Assembly: GCF_963921235.1 (NCBI RefSeq)
Contig: NC_086108.1
Coordinates: 64,854,001-64,918,000 of the forward strand
Reading direction: 5' to 3'
DNA from: Mobula hypostoma
Lineage: Eukaryota
DNA: 64,000 nucleotides
Shown here: positions 50,301 to 62,984 of the stretch, piece after piece
How the letters are laid out: each line of letters opens with the position of its first letter
How positions within the stretch are numbered: the stretch's first letter is position 1
The notes under the pieces: model-generated
Told to the model about the DNA's origin: nothing
Databases searched by the model: none
The model's input: the letters and a program-made list of their open reading frames with translations, nothing else
Made by a program: the position numbers and the translations under genes

Positions 50301-52731
50301 CCCCTAATCTAAGAAAAGATGTGCTGACATTGGAGAGGGTTCAGAGGTAGTTCATGAGGATGATTCCAGGAATGACACTATAACATCCTGTGAAGAAGTG
50401 TGGCTTCCTAAAGATATCATTATGAGGTATAATAACAGCAACAAGCTGTGGTTCAACAAGGAGCTGAGGACTCTCAGATCTGCAAAGGATCAAGCCTACA
50501 ATTCTGGAAACTGAGCGGAATACAATTTTGCAAAATAGCAGTTTAATGAAGTTCTGAAAGTGGCAAAAGCCACTTACAAGGATCAGCTGGGAAGATACTT
50601 CAGCAACAATATCTGAGGTAGTGTGGAGTTCCCTGCAAAGTCTTACCAACTTCAAATAGAAGCGCTCCCAATTCTCCCCTTCCCTCACCTTAGACAATCA
50701 GCTCTATCAGTTTTATTGCCAATTTGATAAGGATAATAAAACCATAAGATATAGGAGCAGAATTAAGTCATTTGACCCATCGAGTCTGCTTTGCCATTTC
50801 ATCATGGTATATCCAGTTTTCTTCTCATTCTCAATCTCCTGCTTACCCCACATCGCTTAATGCTGTGACCAATCAAGAATCTATCAACCTCTGCCTTAAA
50901 TATACATAAAGACTTGGACTCCACAGCTGCCTGTGGCAAAGAATTCCACAGATTCACTACCCTCTGGCTGAAGAAATTCCTCCTCATCTCTGTTCTAAAA
51001 GGATGCCCCTCTATTCTGACATCGTGTCCTCTGGTCTTAGACACGCCCAACATTGGAAACATCTTCTCCACATTTACCCTATCTAGGTCCTTCACCATTC
51101 GATAGGTTTCAATTAGGTCATTCTCATTCTTCTGAATTCCAGTGAATACAGGCCCAGAGCCATCAAACAGTCTTCATATGACAAGCCATTCAATCTTGAA
51201 ATCATTTTCATGTACTTTACGTACATCTTTTCTTAGGTAAACTCCAAGTGAGGCCTCATCAGTGCTTTATAAAGTCTCAACATTACACTCTTGCTTTTAT
51301 ATTGTAGTCCTCTTGAAATGACATCGCATGTGCCTTCCTCATCAAGGATTCAAACCACAAATTAACCTTTAGGGAATTCTGCACAAGGTCTAACAAATCA
51401 CTTTGTGCCTCAGATTTTTGTATTTTCTGTCCATTTAGAAAATTGTCAACCCTTTCATTTCTTCTACCGAAGTACATGACTATACACTTCCTGACACTGT
51501 ATTCAATCTGGCACTTCATTGCCCGTTCTCTTAATCTGGCCAAGTCCTTCTGCAGCCTCTCTTATTTCCTCAGAACTATCTGCCCATGCACCTGTTTTCA
51601 TATTGTCTGCAAACTCTGCAACAAAGCCATCAATTCCAATTCTATCATCCAAAATGTTGACATAAAACATAAACAGAATCGGTCCCAACACAGACCCCTG
51701 TATAACAACGCTAGGCACCAGAAGTCAACCCACAGACGGCTCCCTTTATTCCCACTCTTTGCCTCCGGACAATAAGCCACTGCTTTATCCATGCTAGAAT
51801 CTTTCATATAATACTGTGGGCTCATAGCTTGTTAAGCACCCTCATCTGTGGCACCTTATCAAAGGCCTTCTGAAAATCCAAGTACACAACATCAACTGTC
51901 TATCCTGCTTGTCACTTCTACAAAGAATTCCAACAGATTTGTCAGGCAAAATTTTCCCTTGAGGAAACCATGCTGACTACAGCCTATTTCATCATGTGCC
52001 TCCAACTACCCCAAAACCACACCCTTAACAATCAACTCTAATATCTTCCCAACCACTGAGGTCAGAATAACTGGTTGATAATTTCCTTCCTTCTGCCTCT
52101 CTCCCTTCTTGAAGAGTGAAGTAACATTTGCAATTTTCCAGTCTCCTGGAACCATTCCAGAATCTAGTGATTCTTGAGAAATCATTACTAATGCTTCCAC
52201 AATCTCCTCAGCCACTTTTCAGAACCCTGGGGTGTACATCATCCAGTTCCGGTGACTTATCTACTTTCAGACCTTTCATTTTCCCAAGAATTTTCTCTCT
52301 AGCAATGGTAACCACACACTTCATGACCCCTGACATCTGGAAATTCCACCATACTGTGTGTGTCTTTCACAGTGAAGACTGATGCAAAATACTTACTCAG
52401 TTCATCTACCATTTCCTTGTTCCCTATTACTAACTCTCCATCATTTTTCAGCAGTCCAATATCCATTCTTGCTTCTCTTTTCATACTTTATATATTTGAA
52501 GAAACATTTGGTATCCTCTTTAATATTCTTGGCTAGCTTACTTTCATATTCCACCTTTACCTTCTTAGTTGCTTTCTGTTGATATTTAAAAGCTTCCCAG
52601 TCCTCTAACTTCCCACTAATTTTTGCTCTATTATATGCCCTCTCTTTGGTTTTTATGTTGGCTTTGATTTCCCTTGTTAGCCATGGTTATGTCACCTTGC
52701 CTTTAGAATTCTTCTTTCTCTTTGTGATGTG

Positions 52732-54316
52732 CAGTGATGCTAGAAAGGTTGTGAAGCCTGTAGAATTCAATCTATTTCTGCATTAAATATGACCTAAAAT
52801 GTGATCAAATCTTCACATAAGTTTGAAAACTAGATAAAGAGAATCCAATTAAATAAATAACACAAAAACATTATTTTTGTTCATTTATTTATTGAAAAAT
52901 ATTGATCCAATATTACATGTATGTGTTGGAAAAAGTATGTGTACCTCTGGGTTCATGCTTTCTACAAAAGCTACTTGGAGTCAGATGTTCCAATCAATAA
53001 GATGAGATTGGAAGTATTGGTTATAGAGGTGCCCCACCCTATAAAAAAAGACACAGTCAAGTTACTGACAGAGCCTGCTCTTCTCAAGAAAGATCAGTTT
53101 ATGTGCAGCTTACCTCAATCAAAGCATCTTTCAGAGGACTTTAGAAGAAGAATTGTAAAGATGCATCAAGCTAGAAAAGGCTACAAAAGCATTTTTAAAG
53201 ACCTGAGTGTTCATTAGTCCACAATAAGAGAAATTGTCTACAAATGGAGGAATCTCAGTACTACTGTCCCCAGGAGTGGGCATCCTGCAAAGATCACACC
53301 AAGAGCACCATGTGCAATACTGAAGGAGATGAAAAAGAACCCAAGGGTAACAGCAAAGGACCTGCAGAAATCTCCAGAACTTGCTGAAGTCTTTGTTCAT
53401 GTGTCCACTATAAGAAAAACACTGAACAAGAATGGTGTTCATGGAAGGACACCATGGAGGAAACCACAGCCCTCCAAAAAAAAAATCACTGCATATCTCA
53501 AGTTTGCAAAAGACCACCTGGATGTTCTACAATGCTTCTGGGACAGTGTTCTGTGGACAGATGAGACGAAAGTTGAACTTTTTGGAAGAATGCACTTCAC
53601 TATGTTTGGAGAATAAAGGGCACTGCGCACCACCCCCAAAACCTATCCCAATTGTGAAGCATGGTATAAGGAGCATCATGGTTTGGGGCTGCCTTGCTGC
53701 CTCAGGGCCTGGATAGCTTGCAGTCATTGAGGGAACAATGAATTCAACATTGTATCAAGACATTTTACAGGAGAACGTCAGGGTAGCAGTCTGTCATCTA
53801 AAGCTTAATAGAAGTCAGATAATGCAACAGGACAGTGATCAGAAAGACAAGAGTAAATCAACAACAGAATGGTGTAAAAAGAAGAAAATTAGTGTTTTGG
53901 AATGGCGAAGTCAAAGTCCTGATCTTAATCCTATAGAAATGTTGTGGAAGAATCTGAAGCAAGCAGTTCATGCAAAGAAGCCCACCACCATCCCAGAGTT
54001 GAAGCAGTTTTGTAAGGAGGAGCGGCCTAAAATTCCTCCAAGGTGATGTGCAAGACTGATCAACAGTTACCAGAAAATGTTTGGTAGAAGTCATTGAAAG
54101 CAAAGGTTCACATATTTTTTCCAACAAATGCATGTAATATTGGATAATTTTTCTCAATAAAAAATGAACAAGTAAAATGTTTTTTGTGTTATTTATTTAA
54201 TTGGGTTCTCTTTATTTAGTTTTAGGGCTTAAATGAAGATCTGATCACATTTTAGGTCATATTTATGCAGAAATAGAGAAAATTCTACAGGGTTCACGAA
54301 CTTTCTAGCACCACTG
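52732..54316 (+). mobile_element. Full-length Tc1 element with ~210-bp TIRs
   Basis: CAGTG(A/G)TGCTAGAAAG termini; TA on the right and TG (mutated TA) on the left; length about 1.6 kb. Confidence 0.93.
53110..54046 (+). pseudogene. Tc1 DD34E transposase pseudogene (stops and frameshifts)
   Basis: LSEDFRRRIV..GKGYKSI HTH; VLWTDETK; QQD followed by 34 residues to the E of SPDLNPIE. Confidence 0.9.
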
Positions 54317-54356
54317 TACGTATCTTGTGACTTCCAAATTCCAGAAATTCCTGCCA

Positions 54357-55497
54357 AACATACAAACATGGAAAACCTACAGCACAATACAGGCCTTTCA
54401 GCCCACAAAGTAGGCTTTAGCCATAGCCCTCTATTTTTCTAATCTCCATCCAGGAGTCCCTTAAAAGACCCTATCATTTCTGGATCCACCGCCGCCAACG
54501 GCAGCCCGTTCCACGCACTGACTACTCTCTGCATAAAAAAACTTACCCCTGACATCTCCTCTGTACCTACTTCCAAGTGCGTTAAAACTATGCCCTCTTG
54601 TGCTAGCCATTTCAGCCTCTGACGATCCACACAATCAATGCCTGTCATTATCTTGAATACCTCTATCAGGTCACCTCTCATCCTTCGTCGCTCCAAGGAG
54701 AAAAGGCAAAGTTCACTCAACCTATTCTCATAAGGCATTCTCCCCAATCCAGGCAACATCCTTGTAAATCTCCTCTGCACCCTTTCTATGATTTCCATGT
54801 CCTTTCTGTAGTGAGGCGACCAGAAATGAGCACAGTACTCCAAGTGGGGTCTCATCAGGGTCCTATATAGCTGCAACATTACCTCTCGGATCTTAAAGTC
54901 AATCCCACGATTGATGAAGGCCAATGCACCATATGCCTTCTTAACCACAGAGTCAACCAGCATAGCAGCTTTGAGTGTCCTATGGACTTGGACCCCAAGA
55001 TCCCTCTGATCCTCCACACTGCCAAGAGTCTTGCCATTAATACTATATTCTGCCATCATATTTGACCTACCAAAATGAACCAGTTCACACTTATCTGGGT
55101 TGGACTCTATCTGCCACTTCTCAGCCCAGTTTTCCATCCTATCAATGTCCTGTTGTAATCTCTGACAGCCCTCCACACTATCCACAACACCCCCAACCTT
55201 TGTGCCATCAGCACATTTACTAACCCATCCTTCCACTTCTTCATCCAGATCATTTATAAAAATCACAAAGAGTAGGGGTCTCAGAACAGATCCCTGAGGC
55301 ACACCACTGATCACCAGCCTTCATGCAGAATATGACCCGTCTACAACCACTCTTTGCCTTCTATGGGCAAGCCAGTTCTGGATCCACAAAGCAATGGTCC
55401 CCTTGGATCCCATGCCTCCTTACTTTCTCAATAAGCCTCGCATGGGGTACCTTGCTAAAATCTATATAAACTACATCTACGGCTCTACCTTCATCAA
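54357..55497 (-). mobile_element. 5'-truncated CR1 (CR1-C), relatively young
   Basis: 291-aa open RT C-terminus (SGVPQGSVL, ADGTKVGG, RPHLEYC, LERRRMRGDLIEV). Confidence 0.9.
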
Positions 55498-58400
55498 TGC
55501 TGCTCTGCCGTCATCCCTGCCAGTGTTCTTTTCCAACCAATTCTGGACAACTCCTCTCTCATGCCTCTAGTTCCATATTCACACTTTGTAATTTTGTCTG
55601 CCTTTTACATTGCAACTCATCTTGTTGACTGTAATTTTGCCCTCTCATCAACCTTGCTAGGAGTCTTATTACACATTGCCTCCGTTTGTAAACCAACTAC
55701 TTCATCTTAAGCACTATCACTCCAATTTCCATCCTCCTGCCAGATTAGTTTTAACCTTCCCAAACAACTCTAGCCAACATGCCCACAAGGATATTGGCTC
55801 TCGGGTTCAAGTGTAAACCATCCCTTTTGTATAGGTCATATCTTCTGTAGAAGAGATTCCAATGTTCTCTAAATTTGAACCCCTTCCCCTTGCACCAGTT
55901 TGTTAGCCATGTATTACCCTGCCAAATCATCCTATTTTTACCTTCATTGTCATGTGGCACAGGCAGCAATCCAGAGATCACTACCCCAGAGGTTCTTTTT
56001 CTTAGCTTTCCACCTAGCTCCCTAAAATCTCTCCTCAGGACCTCCACATTTTGTCTTCCTCTGTTATTAATGACAATGTGTGCCAAGACTTCTGGCTGCT
56101 CACGCTTGCCCCTTAGAATGCCATTGACACGATCCAAGACACCCCTGATCCTGGCACCAGGGAGGCAACATACCATCGTTGCGTTTCTAACGAGCCCACA
56201 GAACCTCATCTCCGCTCCTCTCAACACTGCAGTCCTCTTCATCCCTCTGCTCTTCTGAGCCACAGCACTAGACTCAGTGCCAGAGACCCGGTCACTGTGG
56301 CTCCCCCCCTTCAACAGAATCTGAAGTTTTATACTTATTATTATGATACTTATTAATCAACTATCTCTTCTCACTTCCTCTGATCCTGGTATGCTGAGCC
56401 TGTACCAACCACTCCAATGTCACCAACCCCTCCCCTTTCACCCCAGCCCCATTCACCTTCTTCAGCCTCCTCTCCCTCTTGACTGCTGCCTCCATCCCAT
56501 TCTATCTGTGAAGCAAGAAGACATTTGCAAACTATTTGGAAAAGAGAACATTAGGAAAGCTGCAGGCCCCGATGGTATCTCACCTGGTACTCTAAGGCAC
56601 TGTGCAGATCAGCTAACACCTGTCTTCACTGAGATACTTAACACCTCCCTGCAGTTATGCATCATTCCAGATTGCTTTAAAATTGCTAAAATCATTCCAG
56701 TTTCCAAGAATGGCAAGGTCACTGGATTTTATGATTATAGACCTGTCACTCTGACTTCAGTAGTTATAATAACCTTTGAATGTCAGACCTTGGCCTACTT
56801 TAAGTCCATTACCGATCTTCTTCTTGACTCACTATAGTTTGCTTATAGAGAAAATCGCTCAGTTGAGAATGCAGTTAATTTTAGCCTTCATTACATTCTT
56901 CAACATTTGGACTCCCCCAACACCTATATGAGGATTTTTCTTTTGGATTTTAGCTGTCTTTAACATAATTGTTCTGGAGTTGCTCCATAGCAAGCTAACC
57001 CTGCTAACAAGACAGTGGAAATGATAATTTCCTTCTGCCGACTACACCCTACCTCCCCCTTGGAAATTAATGGACATTCTGAGTCATTTCACTTCCTGGG
57101 ACTACCATTACCAATGCATTGAAGTGGGACAACCATGTTACACTCATCTTGAGGAAAGCCCAGCAGATATTATTGTTTCTGCACCAGTTTAGGAAACTTA
57201 ACATCTCAGTACATGTCCTGATGAATTTTTACTCAGCCAGCTTTGTGAGTTTTGTGACCAGTTCTGTCACCGTTTGAGTTCCCACCACCTCCTCCCTCTC
57301 CAAGTTCAGGTTGCAGCAGGTGGTCGACTCAGCAGAGAAGATCATTGGCTGTCAGCTACCAACATTAAAAGACCTGTTCATCGTCAGAGCAAAGATAAGA
57401 GCTGAATAATTACTGCTGACTCTACCCACCCTAGCAGTCTTCACCAAATTTCCATCAGAGAAACGCTACACATCCATCACCATCAGGACCACACGTCATC
57501 TCCGAAGCCTATTATTCCGTAGCTATCCAGCTTCTCAACAAAACTCACTCAGGTGTAATACCCTCACTGTCTCTGCACAACATCCCTTAAATTGTCTTTC
57601 CTGACATCCTTGTTCTGTTGATAATTATTGAGCCTGCTTATGCATTCACATTTGTTTAAGATGATTATTGATGTTTGCGTTTGTGACCACTCTGCTAGTT
57701 GCTGATTGCTCATGGCTGTTTGCACTATTGTCTTGTAAATTGTTGGTGGTTGCTGTTGTGTTGTCTGTTATGGTGTTGTCCTGTGTTTTATGCTTGGCAT
57801 TGAACCACAATCAATTCTGCTATGTTTCACATATTGGCAATAAAGTGATTCTGATTCTGATTCTTAAAGGGTTAACATATGAGGAGTGTTTGATGGCTCT
57901 GGGCCTATACTCACTGGAGTTTGGAAGAATTGGGGGGGATACTCTTTGAAACCTATCAAATATTGAAAGGCCTAGATAGAGTGGATGTGGAGAGGATGTT
58001 TCCTATAGTGGGTGAGTCTAGTACCAAAAAGCACGGCCTCAGAATTGAGGGGCATCAATTTAGATCAGAGATGAGAAGTAATTTCTTTAGCCAGAGGGTG
58101 GTGAATATGTAGAGTTCTTTGCCACGGATGGCTGTGGAGGCCAAGTCATTGAGTATATTTAAAGGGGCGGTTAATTTGTTCTTTATTAGTCAGGGCATCA
58201 AAGGTTACGAGGCAAGAGAATAGTGTTAGGAGGGATAATAAATCAGCCATGATAGGATGGCAGAGCAAATTTGATGGGCCTAGTGGCCTTTCTGGTCTTA
58301 AGGTCTTCATGCACTTGGATCTCACAAATGGCTTTCTTCCATTTGAGAGATGGATATTTTCGTGAGATAGAAACAGCTAGAATATTTCTTCACATTTTCT

Positions 58401-58909
58401 GTTCTTTTGGGAGCTGAATTCAATTATTGCCTTGAGTTGAGCATATCAACTACTCCCAGGTCCTTGGTTCCCAGAAAACAGAAAATATTAATAATAGTGT
58501 GCTGGCCTGCCAGCGTTTAACATATAATGCCTGACATGGAAGAGTTAAAATTTTGGAGTTTATAACCTTTGTTGAAATTTGCCCAGCTAGGAACAACTAT
58601 GAAAGCAATAAAAGACCTCATGATTTCTTACACTTCGTTCAAACCGACATAGATGGAATATTTAACCTTGTTAATTTTCCATTTGTGCATTTTGTGCACA
58701 ACCCCTTCCATCTTCCTCCCTCATCCAATATCATTTGTGGTTGATCCCATCACCTTTGCCAGAAGCTAAGTATCAGTCAAAGTCTAGATACTTCTTGTAA
58801 CTGAACAAAAATAGCAGTAACTCACAGATATATAGTATTCATACATTGAAAAAGCACTTTATGAAGGGAAAGGCATGAATGGACAGTTTCATGTTGATTG
58901 CAGGTTTTT

Positions 58910-59230
58910 AAAATTTATTCATTTATGGGATATAGGTGGTGCTGGCAAGGACAAAGTTTCTCAAATATCTATTTTGACTGAGAGACTTAACAAGCCATCT
59001 CAGGCGAGTTGTTGGTCTGGAGTTAAATTTAGGCCAGTCTGATTAAAGATGTAAAATTTCCTTTCCTGAAGGATATTAGTGAATTGGCTGGGTCTTACAA
59101 CAGTCCAGTAGTTTCATGGTCTTCATTAGTCATGCTAGCTTTGTATTTTAGATTTAAATTAATTTAAACTACCTCGTATCCATACTTTTATTCAAACTCA
59201 TTTGGTTGAGTACTTTGGATTCTCATCTGT
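58910..59230 (-). mobile_element. Decayed elasmobranch SINE
   Basis: ggtctggagt..aggccag...tttcctttcctgaaggatattagtgaa...gtttcatggtc pattern, also seen at ~39360-39500. Confidence 0.5.
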
Positions 59231-59904
59231 TAACTTCACCACATTTTCATCACCTCAAAGCTTTGTCTATAGATATACCTCATCCAAATGCAAAGTATTA
59301 TCTAAAAATTGCTCAATTCTGTTATTTGTGTTTCACTGTACCCTATCAATATTGTACGGTGTGTTGACTGGACACTAACTTTTCTAGTAAATTTTTTTTT
59401 GCTCCTACCAGAGAGGTATCAGGCCCTTAGTGTTTCTACTACCCAAAAACAGGGCCAAGAAGGTGAAAGCTCAATATGAAAGATATTGTAACCAGCATAC
59501 TGGAGTGCCTTTTCTGTGCTTTGTGGTGTCCTGTAACACTACAGTTAATTGTATATTCATCAGATTGTTTTGTTATAACAATGCGTAAAAGAGGGGTAAA
59601 ATATCACAGTTCCTGTAACTGTTCAATGACCTCTGATTGAATTCCATCTGGTCTGGGAAGATTAGACAACATTGTGACCTGTTTCACAGAAAAGTAATTT
59701 ATTGCTGCTCATTTTCTGAGCTGTCAAAGGTGGGCCCTGAGGACAAAGTACACGATGTACATTAGGGGACACTTATGAACATAAAACATAGAACAAGTTG
59801 CCCTATTCAGGATTTTGCAAAGAATGAACTGAAAACAATAATATTGGAAGTCATGAAGTGTTGCATTTCTTTTGTACAGTGAAAGGTATTGGAATAAGTT
59901 AGCA

Positions 59905-60665
59905 TGCAAATCAGAGCAACACACATCAAAGTTGCTGGTGAATGCAGCAGGTCAGGCAGCATCTCTAGGAAGAGGTACAGTCGACATTTCAGGCCGGGAC
60001 CCATCGTCAGGACTAACTGAAGGAAGAGCTAGTAAGAGATTTGAAAGTGGGAAGGGGCGGGGGAAGATCCAAAATGATAGGAGAAGACAGGAGGGGAAGT
60101 GATGGAGCCAAGAGCTGGACAGGTGATTGGCAAAAGGGGTATGAGAGGATTATGGGACAGAAGGCCCAGGGAGAAGGAAAAAGTGGGGGGGGAGAACCCA
60201 GAGGATGGGCAAGGGGTATAGTCAGAGGGACAGAGGGAGAAAAAGGAGAGTGAGAGAAAGAATGTGAGTATATAAATAATGGATGGGGTACGAGGGGGAG
60301 GTGGGGCATTAGCGGAAGTTAGAGAAGTCAGTGTTCATGCCATCAGGTTGGAGGCTACCCAGCTGGAATATGAGGTGTTGTTCCTCCAACCTGAGTGTGG
60401 TTTCATCTTTACAGTAGAGGAGGCCGTGGATAGACATGTTAGAATGGGAATGGGATGTGGAATTAAAATGTGTGGCCACTGGGAGATCCTGCTTTCTCTG
60501 GCGGACAGAGCGTAGATGTTCAGCAAAACGACCTCCCAGTCTGCGTCGGGTCTCACCAATATATAGAAGGCCAAATTGGGAGCACCGGACGCAGTATATC
60601 ACCCCAGCCGTCTCACAGGTGAAGTGTCGCCTCACCTGGAAGGACTGTTTGGGGCGCTGGATGGC
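59905..60665 (-). mobile_element. Penelope-like element 3' part: GIY-YIG endonuclease, 3' UTR and hammerhead-bearing terminal repeat
   Basis: FTCETAGVIYCVRCSQFGLLYIGETRRRLGGRFAEHLRSV..PVATHFNS..RLEEQHLIFQLGSLQPDGMN; hammerhead core at ~59978-60014. Confidence 0.92.
59978..60014 (-). ncRNA. Minimal type I hammerhead ribozyme motif (Penelope-associated)
   Basis: Minus strand AGTC-CTGACGA-TGGGTCCCGGCCT-GAAA-TGTC-GACT: stem I AGTC/GACT, CUGANGA and GAAA core, GUC triplet. Stem III is vestigial and carries a C>T change. Confidence 0.65.
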
Positions 60666-62984
60666 GGTCATATACTGAATTGAAATAATCAATCAGTAAT
60701 AAAAACAGCTTATATAACAGACGCTGGCTCTAACCAGACCTCAAGATGCCTTATTATTTCTATCAGATATTTAATAGCACTGATTAGCACATCAAGAACA
60801 ATTTGTTGCTGGACCTTTGGGATCAACTAGCCTTTTCATTAAACCAATGTTGACATGACAAGCTAAATAAAATGGATTTTTAAAGAAGCAGGATCTTTGT
60901 GTCCGGTAAATCTTTTCTGTTCGGGTGGAAACATGTAGCAGGTAATTTTTGATAGGGACTCATTCACATCAGCATCATATATTTGAAAATTTATGATAAA
61001 AAGATGAAACGCAGACTTTTTCTTTGTTGCCCCATTCTCCCTGGTTATAACAGTTATTCTTCACTAAACTGAATGGGCAGATGACCTGATTTAAAAACAT
61101 TGTTCATGAGAGTCTGAAATGGCTGCTGAGGGAAATCAGCAGTGCACCTCTCATTGTCATCCTCCCCTGATTCTTCTTTGAGTTTTTGAGTCTACTTGTT
61201 TGGAATTAGCAACATTCAACCACATGAGGTGTGTTCCAGGACTTACGCTGTAAGTCTGAAATATTCGGAATGATAGATATGTCTGGCTTTCTCACAATTC
61301 TCTTCCCCTTGAGTCCATGTGGAGTCCGGCAGTGGGGCTCAGTATAGTGGGGTATTATGTGGGGGAGTCCCTTCATTTCTCCTTTGTCAGGTTACACCTG
61401 CTGCAGGACTGGATTCTTAACCTATGAGTTATTCACCAAGTTAAGTTACATACTTAATCATTTTATTGTGCTTTAATGTTGTTATTACATTTCATGTAAT
61501 GTGGCTTTAATTAATAGTTTTTAAATGTTTCTGGTTATCAGACTTATAAAAGCTGTTGAAGGTCTTGCACTTCGAGGCAAAACCTATGCGGTTTGCTTAT
61601 TAACAAAGGGTGGGGGGCCAAAGGCAGTTGCCGGGGAGTGGGGCGGTTGTTGGATTTGTCAGACTTCAATAGTAAGTCATTTGAGATTTAGTTACAGCAA
61701 CGTAGGTTGCAGAACGTCTGTGAGATCCTCCATCCTCAGTCTATACAAGATGTCAGCAACCATGTGCAGCAGGCTGGATCCAGCACTCATGAGCCTTGTC
61801 ACACCCTAGGTGCAATTCCTCCCTCTTTCCTTCGGATCTCAAAGTAGTGGTCCATGTTACAGTCTCGCTGCAACATCGGCTGCATTTCCATTCATTTTTC
61901 TTCAAAATAGACAAGAGAGTTGTTATACGTTTGGGGCATTGTTTCACTTCTGCAAGTATGTTAGAGATACTTAAATGTTTAAATTGTATTATAAAGACTA
62001 ACATTTTACCAGTCAGCCGCCGTATTATCATTTATTTCTGAAGAACTGTCATGTGTTGACACTGTTTTATGAAAAGCTAACATTTTAACATAAATTAACT
62101 TTGCAATGAATATAATATAATTCTTTTCACTGAATGCTAAGATTTTGTCTGTGATTGACAGAAACCCATTTAACAAGGCTAAGAGATCAGCAGATGTTCA
62201 TAATAGGTTTTCAACTTAACCAATCATCACCCTGTTTGCCAGATAAAATGTGAAGCAACAGTGTAAATTCCTATCACTTTGGATCTTTCATCTCCATCAG
62301 TAATAGCACAGTTGGCCAACTCGGTCAATAATCTTTAGAGGTTTATTTTCAATGAGTTCTCAAGCTTGATGCTGTTGTGCCGAGTTCCCCATGTGGAATT
62401 TGCCGGCTTCTGTCAGACCTCACAGAAGTTGCTTGACACTCAATATGTTCAGATGATTCAATTCAGCAAAAATAGGTTTCATCTGTATTGTACTGTTTAT
62501 ATTCTTTTTCTGTGAAATAGATTCTAAAAGAAACATAAATTATTTAGTTAAAGATCAAAAAGCATCAAACTGTAACAAAATGTTTTAAAAAGAGTAGAAA
62601 AAACATTGGAAAAATCTTTTCTGTGAGGAAACAGAACTATAATGCCGTAGTAGAAGAATCAATGATATATTCGAAAATTGAGCTGAACGAGGGTATTCAA
62701 CCCTTTAAACTAGATCTGGCATTCAGTATGACCAGCATTGATCTGAATATTACCTTTAAGCATTGGATTTGCTGCAAAGAACTGTAAGCAAATCCTATCC
62801 GAGTTGGCATTATTGTTATTACTGATACCACGGCAAGATTCAGACTCTTTTTCATTATAAAGTTATATTTGTTTAATTACAAAAAGACACATTTTCATTG
62901 GTTATATTTAAGTTCAATGCAAGAAAACACATTTTCATCTGGAAGCCAGTAAGTAATACTCAGTGGAACTCAAGCATTCTACAA

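Larger units (their letters stand above)
50741..56330 (-). mobile_element. CR1-B (pieces 50741-52731, 54319-54356, ~55498-56330), with SGNH-esterase ORF1 remnant
   Basis: Reverse 3' tail accataagatataggagcag and RT motifs. ORF 55751-56314 (CCLPGARI..VVISGLLPVP..YKRDGLHLN). Most of the APE domain is deleted. Confidence 0.87.
50375..57865 (+). mobile_element. Rex1/Babar LINE (pieces ~50375-50735 and ~56355-57865)
   Basis: NKLWFNKELRTLR...LYQFYCQFD continues as KAAGPDGISPGTLRHCADQL...DYRPVTLTS; (GATTCT)3 tail at 57847-57864. Confidence 0.85.
46800..58290 (+). mobile_element. Near full-length CR1 (CR1-A: ORF1 esterase, ORF2 APE-RT), split at 50374/57866
   Basis: ORF1 VVISGLLPV..NWCRGQGFRYLDYWDLFW and ORF2 motifs from about 47950. 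RMIPGM|KGLTYEECL rejoins across the insert. Confidence 0.9.

Noticed and set aside
61391..61430. Acceptor followed by ACACCTGCTGCAGGACTGG, superficially like the next NFIA exon
   Set aside because: It does not translate to PIAAGTGPNFSL, and stops follow quickly.
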